Made by a program: the position numbers and the translations under genes. From NCBI GenBank assembly GCA_024626585.2, contig JANKJI020000004.1:77289286-77307235 (forward strand): a stretch of DNA of 17,950 nucleotides, in the 5' to 3' direction. Shown here piece after piece: positions 1 to 9,980 of this stretch. Below the pieces are notes generated by a model. The model was not told the origin of the DNA and did no database searches. It worked only from the letters and a program-made list of their open reading frames with translations. This stretch comes from Ginkgo biloba. Lineage: Eukaryota > Plantae > Ginkgophyta. Positions within the stretch are counted from its first letter, which is position 1. Every line of letters begins with the position of its first letter.

Positions 1-1431
1 GTATGTGCAAAAGCATATTACTATTATTAATATGGCCTTTAATAGTCATTGACTCAAGATTGTGAGGTTATTAGAGGTTAGTAGAAATATTGCATGGAAT
101 AATTTTTAAGGGAATCTACTAATTGTAACCAAGGCCCCTCTCACAAAATGACCTTGTTGCTCCTCGCGCACAACCTTGTATTTTTGAATTTATAACTTTG
201 CAAGTGNNNNNNNNNNNNNNNNNNNNNNNNNNNNNNNNNNNNNNNNNNNNNNNNNNNNNNNNNNNNNNNNNNNNNNNNNNNNNNNNNNNNNNNNNNNNNN
301 NNNNNNNNNNNNNNNNNNNNNNNNNNNNNNAAATATCATCTAGGATATCTTGCAGGTGATTTGACAGGTTCATAAGACAAGTATAGGTCTTAACCTCAGG
401 TTACATTCAAGGACACAACACTTGAAATTTACTGTTCTTATTTTTGACGAGTCACAAGTTTTACTGTGCTTCTACGCATTTCACTGTATTTTTGTACCAC
501 ACTAATACAACACCGTGTAATCATGCACTTCAGAAGCACACACTTCCATAATATTCTCTACATTTGTGTACACTTACATGGTACTGAGAAAATCCACTAT
601 ATAAAGATCCTTTCAACCATACAGTTTGACTAAGAGAAAAAATTGAAGTGGACAGAGAGTACAGAGGTTCAAGAAAGCATATTACCCCCTTGGATTTTCA
701 ATCATGCTTTCGCATACTAATGGAAATCCTCCAATTATCAAGCGGGTACATCACTCTATAAGGCCAAACCTTAGCAAAGGTGCCCTCTCATTGATTCCAC
801 TGTAAAATTTAATGTAAATATTCAACCAAAATATGCATTTGAATTTTTACTACTATGGTATGTATTTTTAAATTAAATTTTTATCTAATGCATTGTAGTA
901 GTAAATAATGCCCCATGGTTTTACATTCCTATAAAGATAAAAAACTTCAGAGGAAATTGTACTTGATGACTTAAGAGGGGGAGGTTATATATTTATTTCT
1001 TAGCCATATGAGAACTTCATCTCTCTATGTCCTTAAACTTGGTTTCATTGTCCTCCACCAAATCTAGATACTTAGAGACTACTTAAGGGATATGATTATT
1101 GAAGTAAATATATAATTTTCTAAATATAAAAATGTGGCAATAGAAAGGGCTTAAATCTAGCTTCTACAAAGCTTGTAGAAGATTTATAATTTCTTTTAAT
1201 ATGAGCAACTATAATAAATTACTTTCCACAAATGCTTAACGAGGAGAAACATTTTATCCCATAAAAATGGCTTTTATAGATTTATGTAACAACTTACCAC
1301 TCAGATGAGATCTATGACTATTACTTGGAAATTTAAAATGCGACACTCATTTAATCGACTAAAAAACTTAGGGGAAGAATGCATAGAGCTCAGGAATAAG
1401 GTACAATGGTTATTTTAAGATAAGGACAAAG

Positions 1432-2284
1432 NNNNNNNNNNNNNNNNNNNNNNNNNNNNNNNNNNNNNNNNNNNNNNNNNNNNNNNNNNNNNNNNNNNNN
1501 NNNNNNNNNNNNNNNNNNNNNNNNNNNNNNNNNNNNNNNNNNNNNNNNNNNNNNNNNNNNNNNNNNNNNNNNNNNNNNNNNNNNNNNNNNNNNNNNNNNN
1601 NNNNNNNNNNNNNNNNNNNNNNNNNNNNNNNNNNNNNNNNNNNNNNNNNNNNNNNNNNNNNNNNNNNNNNNNNNNNNNNNNNNNNNNNNNNNNNNNNNNN
1701 NNNNNNNNNNNNNNNNNNNNNNNNNNNNNNNNNNNNNNNNNNNNNNNNNNNNNNNNNNNNNNNNNNNNNNNNNNNNNNNNNNNNNNNNNNNNNNNNNNNN
1801 NNNNNNNNNNNNNNNNNNNNNNNNNNNNNNNNNNNNNNNNNNNNNNNNNNNNNNNNNNNNNNNNNNNNNNNNNNNNNNNNNNNNNNNNNNNNNNNNNNNN
1901 NNNNNNNNNNNNNNNNNNNNNNNNNNNNNNNNNNNNNNNNNNNNNNNNNNNNNNNNNNNNNNNNNNNNNNNNNNNNNNNNNNNNNNNNNNNNNNNNNNNN
2001 NNNNNNNNNNNNNNNNNNNNNNNNNNNNNNNNNNNNNNNNNNNNNNNNNNNNNNNNNNNNNNNNNNNNNNNNNNNNNNNNNNNNNNNNNNNNNNNNNNNN
2101 NNNNNNNNNNNNNNNNNNNNNNNNNNNNNNNNNNNNNNNNNNNNNNNNNNNNNNNNNNNNNNNNNNNNNNNNNNNNNNNNNNNNNNNNNNNNNNNNNNNN
2201 NNNNNNNNNNNNNNNNNNNNNNNNNNNNNNNNNNNNNNNNNNNNNNNNNNNNNNNNNNNNNNNNNNNNNNNNNNNNNNNNNNNN
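1432..2284. other. Assembly gap (largest of nine N runs)
   Basis: N runs at 207-330, 1432-2284, 3567-3760, 7708-7807, 10105-10888, 12967-13066, 13754-13772, 14989-15088 and 17619-17638. Three are exactly 100 N, a usual placeholder for unknown gap size. Confidence 0.97.
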
Positions 2285-2409
2285 ATCGCCCAACTCTGTC
2301 TATTCTCATGGCCCTTTCTGAGCACGGAGTCAATCCCGAGGCCCTAGCAGCCGTCGTCAAGGAGCTTCGACGGGAATCTGCAGCCCTCCAGCAGAAGAAT
2401 CAACCTTAG
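2285..2409 (+). CDS. MZT1: Mitotic-spindle organizing protein 1 (MOZART1 / plant GIP1-type GCP3-interacting protein), 3' part; 5' part hidden in gap 1432-2284
   Basis: From 2287 the frame reads (D)RPTLSILMALSEHGVNPEALAAVVKELRRESAALQQKNQP, stop TAG 2407-2409. This matches the MZT1/GIP signature DRxTLSxLIALCxxGVNPEALAxVVKELRRE. No stops or frameshifts; 7 CpGs in 125 nt against CpG-poor flanks. Not in the ORF track because the start codon is in the gap. Confidence 0.93.
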
Positions 2410-2494
2410 GTAGCGAATTTTGAATTGCAAATTATTTTTAGCATGTTAAAAGCAAATCCTAAGAAATTCTCATATGGTTTAGCCAGGGAAACGC

Positions 2495-2990
2495 TTAGGG
2501 TTGATTTTGGCAATTACGTATTTTCTTTTTGAGAAATAAAATTTTAAAAGAAGCGAAATTCATCCCAAAATGCTCCCGCAATTCATCATGAATTTATGTA
2601 ACAGCTTATTATATTTATATGTGAACATTTGCCAGTAATACATGTATGCTTTGTTCAAATGATTCATGCTCAACTTATATATTAAGCGTATGAAATATCA
2701 ACTTTGTAAATAGACGATTGAAGGCTGTATAGCCTTATAATCAATTATATCACCTATTATAATAGGTAACGTGCCCTACTTTCTACACACAAAAAGGTGT
2801 CCTCTGCAAAAAATTATAAAGGATAGTCAACCTTGGTTTATATAATTGTGTTAATCTGTTCTGGATTAGGGTTATTTTTGATCAGAATGCTTATGTTTTC
2901 TATTATCCATTATTCAAGTGGATTAGTAGATGACTCTGTAGTTAATTGTGTTGGGATGGTTTGATTGGCTGGTTAGGGTTATTAGGGTTT
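2495..2990 (-). promoter_or_regulatory. Cluster of telo-box-like motifs downstream of MZT1
   Basis: TTAGGGTT at 2495-2502, 2866-2873 and 2973-2980; TTAGGGTTT (reverse complement of AAACCCTAA) at 2982-2990. Function is not shown by the sequence. Confidence 0.4.
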
Positions 2991-4746
2991 GTCTATCCTC
3001 TTGAAAGACATATGGTTTTACTTGTGCTCATTTTGATTTTGACCTCACCCAACCGATGCTAAAATATTGGGACAGGTAGAAGATGATAGAGAATTATAAA
3101 TATATAGATGCATTCTCCTAAGCATTATCCATTACCCTTGTATTTGCTGGAGCTGTGCTTTTTTTTTTTTCCAATTTTGCCTACTCCAACAAAACATCTT
3201 AGATGTCTCTACATATTAAACCAAGCTCCGAATTGTTAATTGAATTGTGAAATCTAGTCTCTTTACCAATGCCAACAAGATGTCTCTAATGTTGCTCATT
3301 TGCAGCATTATATATGCCCATTTGAGCTGAGGTATTTTTTGAGCTCTTCTGTGGAGTAGACATTATCATTGATTCGTTACTATACATATATTGACTGCTG
3401 TATGCGCAGATCATTATGTCTTGAGTGGAATGCATATGCGTATTTTATATATGTATTTTTGGCAATCCCATATATTGATATGTTTAAAAACACGTTATTG
3501 TGGGAATTAAAAAAGGTTAGCATTAGATGCATAGAGAACCTGAGCTAGGATGACATGAAAGATAAGNNNNNNNNNNNNNNNNNNNNNNNNNNNNNNNNNN
3601 NNNNNNNNNNNNNNNNNNNNNNNNNNNNNNNNNNNNNNNNNNNNNNNNNNNNNNNNNNNNNNNNNNNNNNNNNNNNNNNNNNNNNNNNNNNNNNNNNNNN
3701 NNNNNNNNNNNNNNNNNNNNNNNNNNNNNNNNNNNNNNNNNNNNNNNNNNNNNNNNNNNNGCTCTTGAAGGGTCTCACATTTTGAGGCTCTTAATAGAGG
3801 AAAATTATGACCTCATATATTTTTATAGTATGAATGGTACAAGATATGCTAATTTGGAAAAATAGGATGAGGATAATTGTTGGGAAAGGAACTTTACATA
3901 ATAACAACTACAAACCCTAAGGATAATGATTGGTTTTAAGCAAATAACTATGAGAGGCATAAGGGAAGAATCCATCAAAGTGACCAAATAATCTATGGAG
4001 AGAGTCTACCAAGAAAATTAATTAGGATATGTGTCTTTGTAATTGTCAGGACCCTATACATAATGGGGTGCTACATATAAACCTTCTTCAAAGCTCCCGC
4101 TTAGATAATCAGAGGTCTTAGAAGTTTGTTAAAAAGAGGAATTATGAATTTAGTAAGAGCGGGAATGATGGGGACAAAATTATCCCCATAATTGACATCA
4201 TTCAAGGATAACATTGGATGAACATTTATATTTATTGGTCATGTTTTAGGCAATTTTACGATAATTTTAGAGGGAAATGACAACTATAAAATTTTTATTC
4301 TGTTGAATAATTTTTTTAATGATAAAAAGGATATTTAGGCATATTTTAGAGAGTGGAATTCACCTATAGCATGTTTAAGGTTACATGAAGGTAGGTATTT
4401 AGAGTAGAGAAGAAGAGTGGGAAAAATATTTTAAGTACATCATTTGTACCTTTAGTGCAAGTGACCAAGAGTAGCAAGGAAGAGTGACTATAAAGGAGAA
4501 ATGAAGTTGATATTAATCTACAAGAAGTATTTCACTTTCCTATAGGTAGGTTGTAGGTGATTCATAACCTACATCTCACTTGTATATGAGCTTAATATTT
4601 ATTACTATGTACTTTATATTTCACATATAATTGTGTGTAAGTAGGTATTCTTAAAGATATTTTCACTTTACTTATAAGTGATCCCATATATACATTCCAT
4701 TTGTGAACCTTTATCCACTTGAGGGTCACATGAAAGTGTAATCCTA

Positions 4747-5046
4747 TGTTAATTATAATTTTATTTTTAATGTGAAAATTAACTTTTGTTAAGTGATGAT
4801 TAGTCAAGTAATGATTGAGTCACTATCATATCACACCTAGTTTGCCAATAGATAGGATGTAAGGTGTTTCTAATTATGATGAAACACTTGCATAATGATT
4901 GTAGGTGATATGATAGTTTATTTATCTTTCCTAATTTGTCTTGTAATGGACTTGAGTCATTTGGGAGAGGAACGATATGCTTGCTATGTTACTGTCCTCC
5001 CCTCAACTATATAAATTATCTTGTTTCAATTAATGAAACAGACAAC
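4747..5046 (+). mobile_element. Possible LTR fragment with internal hairpin and TATA box
   Basis: Starts TGTTA (4747), contains an inverted repeat at 4822-4917 and CTATATAAAT near 5007. No second LTR, TSD or PBS identified. Confidence 0.3.
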
Positions 5047-5446
5047 ATTTTCCCCACATATCGAAAGGCTGATGCATTTTAACTAGGTGCTCTAACCATA
5101 ACGAAGCTAGGTGGACGGTACCCCATGCCAACACACAGCACCTAGAGTTGTCCACGTATGGTTTATTTTGTCGTTGCCATTTCCTTCCCATTAAGTAGTT
5201 GTTAATTATTATATCATTCTTTTCCTTTGTGGCAATTTCTTTAGCTACTCTATATGTGTTAATTCTCTGAAAAACTTTCTCTATGCACTTGAGCTGATCG
5301 GTTCAGGATTTTGTCTCCCTCTGTTGCTTGAAGTTTACAAACTACTAGATTGACAATTTATGAGCCCACTATAGAATCGTTCATTACTTATTTCTTCTTT
5401 TTTTAGTTTTTTAAGAGAAAAAATGGAAAAAAAAGGGAAACTCTTG

Positions 5447-5605
5447 GGAAACGGCTATTTCCAGCCAGGAAACGACTCCCAGCCGTACCTAGATTGGTTA
5501 GGATATGGCAAGGAAATGTTTCCCTATTGTACTTGAGTCGTACCCGCTCCCAGGACATTTCAGATACGGAATCGAGACCCTTTGAGGTAGATCCTGGTGG
5601 CTTAG
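5447..5605. repeat. CpG-containing patch of short motifs, possibly a DNA-transposon (hAT-like) subterminal region
   Basis: GGAAACG at 5447 and 5468, CCGTACC at 5483, GGATATG at 5501, near-palindrome GGAAATGTTTCC at 5512-5523, GTCGTACCCG at 5537. The transposon assignment is inference. Confidence 0.35.
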
Positions 5606-7399
5606 GTCCTTGGTAGTTAGATTGAATATTCTTCTGTTAGAATATTCTCTTAGGTTTGGTTCCTATCACTCAGATTCTATCGTGACTAGACTAGCTTGTA
5701 CCATGTCATGGTGATAATGTCACCGCATTACTATTACCGGTAAGGGTAACAATCCGAGCTACAACAACTTTTTGTTGCCTATTTGCATCGTATGTCTCTC
5801 ATTGGCAAGAGAACTTGGAATCATGATCCTTTTCATACCTTGGTTTTCTCCACTTGTTCCTTCTAGTTGATCCTTGGGAAGCTTCAAACAAGCGTCTACC
5901 CATTTGGGCTCCAACCAGATGTAGTAGATCAAACTCCTCGACCTCTTGGTTGGACGCAATGCTTTGAACCAGAGATCTAAGTGCTATTTGCTCCTTTCTA
6001 CGACTTTAATGACGTTGGCTAACTCAACTCATACAAGACATAAGAACTTGAGTTCGTGGATTGTCATCCCAAATTTGAGTGATTCTTGATAGTATTACTA
6101 ATGAGAATGGTTAATTTGTCTAGGTGTCTCAAAAATTGGCTAGGGGGACTCAAGCTTAGCTTAATGCTTCGCTCCAAGATTGTAGAGAAGTAAACTTGAA
6201 CTTAGATTCTTTGGTAATGGAACCAATGTTTGGGTATTTCCCATGCTACCCAACTGCTTCTATCGCCACTCCATAATTCAATGCTCAACCATGGCTCTTA
6301 TGCAACCAAGACACAAGAAACGTAATTCAACATACCACACTATTTGCCAAATGCAATCCATAACTATAACATAGTAGTATTAAGAATTAGAAACCGACAC
6401 AATACATTTGCATGTTAAAATTTGACTAGTGAAATATTTAGAAGAGCACCAATGTTATCGTATAAAATTCATCATTCAACACATAAAATACTCGACAGTC
6501 CAACGATCAACAGCATAATCATCATTCATTAACTTAGAATTCAACATTACGTTACAATACAAATTGAGACAATGAGTACTTTTCATTCAAGTCATTATAT
6601 GATTCTACTCTTTTACAATGCTCTGTTCTCACCACGTCCAAATGAGAAAATGGAGCCGTTCATTACCAATATTCTCTATTCTATCCTAATCTTTTTGGGA
6701 TATGTCTATCATACAAAAGTGGAATATTCTCCAAGTGAATACTCCCTACATACTTTTTACAAGTATTACCTCTTGCATTAAATGTGCATATTTATTCTAT
6801 ATAGGGGGAATTTACGACGAGGAGCAAATTAAGAAATGATTTTTTCAAACATTGCATGGTATGGTCTTGGTATGGTATACATGCATGGCTCCCATGATCT
6901 AGCCATGGTTGGATCAATAATCTGCATTTCTACATTGTTTTTAGCAATTGCGAGATCCTTTTACTATTCTAAAGGCCATAGGGGAGATTTGACGAGTTCC
7001 ACATGAATTAATGTAGATTTTGATGTGCCTCTCCAAGTAATTGTTTCTAAGATGGACAAGAATACACATATGTCTAAACCCCATTTGATGGAGTTGGATG
7101 GGTTGCGTTCAAGCTATAGGAGAAGATTTGACAACACTTGATGCGAGATAATGATCAGGTATGGGATTTAGCCTTGTAGTTTGAAAAGCAAATGCAAATA
7201 GCAGATTCTGGCATGAACGACCAACAAGATATTTGTGATACCTTAGAAGGTATTCACGAGGATGTACATTATCACAATCCTTGACCTCTAGTGTATGCAC
7301 TTGACCCTAAGAAGACAACATTGAAAGCATAGTAGGATAATCTCTAGGTTGCCATGACAAAGTTGACTACATACTTGCAACAATTACTGAGCTAACAAT

Positions 7400-8081
7400 A
7401 TGTGTGGTGTCCATTACTCTGTAAGTCATACTCGTGAAGAACATTTGAATATTGGTCATTAACATCTGTCCCAACGGTGTGAAATTTGTTATATGACTTC
7501 TTATGATATTTCTAATTGTAGATATAACATGAGGAATCAAGACTACACTGATTAATGTTGAGGTTATTAAGGTATTGAGTCTTGAAATGTGGATTATCAA
7601 AAGGTGATATGGTGTACAAAGATTAGTTGCAGTACTTGGTATACAAAGTACGATAGCAAAGAAAAAAAACATTCATTCTGTATTTTGCTTGGATTGGTGT
7701 CATTGGCNNNNNNNNNNNNNNNNNNNNNNNNNNNNNNNNNNNNNNNNNNNNNNNNNNNNNNNNNNNNNNNNNNNNNNNNNNNNNNNNNNNNNNNNNNNNN
7801 NNNNNNNTTGTTGTCACAATATGAGGTATTAGGATCTTAACAATCGTGGTCATGGCCCTCGAGTTAGACAATCTTGAAATATGTACTATCATAAGACTTT
7901 TTAAGATAGTGAAATGAGTTGACGATCTGGTTGTAAAAAGTATGAAGGGAAGACAAAAAGATCTTGTTGCATGTTTTGCCTTGATTGAGTGCATTGGTGT
8001 AAAGACTGTTCAATTGAAAAAATTGGTGGTTAGCTTATTTGCCAAAAGTGTGGATCAATTGATCATGGATATGAGGATTGT
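7400..8081 (+). pseudogene. Gag nucleocapsid region with an array of zinc knuckles, including a ~291-bp internal duplication
   Basis: CEICYMTS(Y)DISNC 7478-7519; CI(fs)CLDWCHW 7679-7706 running into the gap; CMFCLD*VHWCKDC 7968-8009; CQKCGSIDHGYEDC 8040-8081. CRYNMRNQD (7517) recurs as CCHNMRY*D (7809). Confidence 0.8.
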
Positions 8082-8749
8082 CCTCACAACTCAAACTAGA
8101 AAAAGCATGCCAATTTCTTAATAGTCAGTCCTGATGCAATTGAAGCAGATGATGAAGAATCACTACAAATAGTCTATCGTCATAGACAATGTTAAGCACA
8201 ACTCGAGATAGATTTTCCTGATCCTTGGAAGGAGAAGGAATGCTATCAAGAAGCAATGGCGATAATTCAAGTTATTGATGCTCAACAATTGTCTTTTCCA
8301 AAGTCATCTTTTGAGTGACATAAGCAATAGGCTTTAAAGCAAGCAACAACTCAAATTCAGAAATGGCTTGTGTTCCTCAATTTAATACTTCAAGAATAAT
8401 GAAAGAGGTGATCATTGATGACGGCGATTAAAGGCCGCATTGGCCTACTACATATAAATGCAAGAAAAAGGTGACAATTACAAGCCCTACTCCATCACCA
8501 AAACTTGTTTGCATGTATGTTGGTTGTGATTTATTAAATTTGGACTTGAGTAAGCATTACCTAGTTCAAATGAAGATGCTCATGCTCAAGCAACTCTATG
8601 ATGAGTTATGTTCGAAGATTCCCTTGTCCATTGTCTTGAAATGGTGGGAGGTGGGTCATTTTCAAGAGAACCCAACTCTAGTGAAAGAATCATCAAAATT
8701 TATTATACGTTCGATGTAACAACAAGATGATCAGGAATCTTAGCTTCTA

Positions 8750-9050
8750 ATGGAAATAAGAAACATGACCATTAGAAACACCATTGCTGATGGTAGTTCT
8801 AGTTTGAATATTCTCTTTGAGCATCAATGGATGACTAGGGAAGTCCATGTTATGAGAGCCTTCCTTTAATATTTGTATGACCAATTAGACAAAGACTCGT
8901 CCCATTAGTATCTTAGACATGGTATGGATTAATGTTGTTGGCGTTCCTTCATGTTAAGTATTTGTTGTTAATTGTGTTCCACCTTTGATGAAGGCTTACC
9001 CAACCTTGTTAGGATGCCCATGGTTAAGAGTTACTAAGGCTACAAAGATG
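8750..9050 (+). pseudogene. Retropepsin (aspartic protease) remnant of the gypsy element
   Basis: MEIRNMTIRNTIADGSSSLNILFEHQW with the catalytic D at 8789-8791 (DGGS-type motif). After a frameshift: PSFNICMTN*TKTRPISIL...AYPTLLGCPWL (LLGRPWL motif, ~9006-9026). Confidence 0.85.
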
Positions 9051-9536
9051 GGGGGCACTATACCTTCACTTTGAAGACAAGCATTTTGAGAGAACATTGT
9101 CAATGGTGACTTCTGTTCCGCATTAGGAGAAAATTGAAGATGATGCGAAAGCTTCTTTTACTCCCTCACATGTTGATGAAGAAGAAAGTTAGTGTTTTGA
9201 TACTACTTCCCAATGTGTTAACAAGCCTAATAACATGGTAGAAGATACTCAATATAAACCATATGTCTATAGTGAGTTGGAGTTAAGATTGGACACAGGA
9301 ATTCTCGATTTGTTGCATTGGATGGCAAGGCAATACAAAGTGATGGAGCAATCATGTTATATGATGAAATCAGAATTGGGACATATGGAAAATTAGATGG
9401 TTAATTAACGAACTTGATTTCTCGTCAAATGAGACAGACAAGGAGCTTGAGTGGATAGATGATCCAACTGTCTTTAGTTCCTCTAACATTGCATTTTGTA
9501 GCTATGAACCTATGGCCCAAGATCTTCCACCTATGA

Positions 9537-9616
9537 TTTGCGATCCTTCACTTGCGATCCGAGATCATGAACTTGCAATCTGCGATTAGAGATTGTGAAC
9601 TTGCAATTTGAGATCC
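9537..9616. repeat. Heptamer-based minisatellite with two 28-bp higher-order units
   Basis: GAGATCATGAACTTGCAATCTGCGATTA (9561-9588) and GAGATTGTGAACTTGCAATTTGAGATCC (9589-9616), built from variants of TGCGATC. Confidence 0.8.
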
Positions 9617-9805
9617 TACACCTCCAATAGACAAAAGTACTCTCAATGGAAGTGTTGTGCCATGTGACCATCTTTATTTCTATCACTTACGAAGAATATT
9701 TGGAAGTATATGCAAGTATAGGGTGTAACTCGCTAGGTAGAGGTTTAGATTCAAGTTCTATTGGTACTAGATTTTGATCTACATGTAAACTAGTCAAGTG
9801 GGTGT

Positions 9806-9980
9806 GTTGTTGAGCATATCAAGAAATGTGTACAATGTTGGATGCGATAGGGGAGAAGGCGTGGCATCAAGACTTTCTGTCTACCTTAAAAGGTGTTGCT
9901 TTTCATTGGAATATACACATCTGAACTATTTGTCACAAAGATTGATTTGTAAGAATTTTTTTGGTTTAGTGTGGGATTAT
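9806..9980 (+). mobile_element. Second gypsy gag N-terminal fragment
   Basis: VVEHIKKCVQCWMR*G, then a frameshift to EKAWHQDFLSTLKGVAFHW...FVRIFL. This parallels the FxxTLxGxAxxW gag core seen at 6840-6880. Confidence 0.55.

Larger units (their letters stand above)
6807..9050 (+). mobile_element. Decayed Ty3/gypsy (non-chromovirus-like) retrotransposon gag-protease region
   Basis: Gag core from 6807: GIYDEEQIKK*FFQTLHGMVLVWYT..I*PWLDQ*SAFLHCF*QLRDP. CCHC knuckles at 7478-7519, 7968-8009 and 8040-8081. Retropepsin at 8750-9050. Domain order is correct, with many stops and frameshifts. Confidence 0.85.

Noticed and set aside
331-770. Possible minus-strand exons (GTAAGT donor near 572-577; AG...GT bounded segment near 685-755)
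   Set aside because: The bounded segment has stops in all three frames and none of the translations resemble a protein I recognise. Splice-like words are frequent by chance in AT-rich DNA.
1390-2360. Long ORFs of 292-316 aa in the track (also 10059-11207, 10087-11019, 3545-3785, 119-373)
   Set aside because: They consist mostly of N codons spanning assembly gaps. The real gene here is on the plus strand (MZT1).
3950-4150. Weak gag-like translation GYVSL*LSGPYT*WG
   Set aside because: Too few conserved residues to call; an HMM search would be needed.
6250-6270. Possible PBS TGGCGATAGAAGCAG on the minus strand
   Set aside because: Not preceded by an LTR-terminal CA, and I cannot match it to a specific tRNA 3' end.
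7367-7994. Minus-strand hydrophobic ORFs 7367-7672 and 7623-7994
   Set aside because: Antisense shadows of the plus-strand zinc-knuckle gag. Their mutual similarity (IIHISRL / IVHISRL, LIPHVI / LIPHIV) reflects the same duplication.
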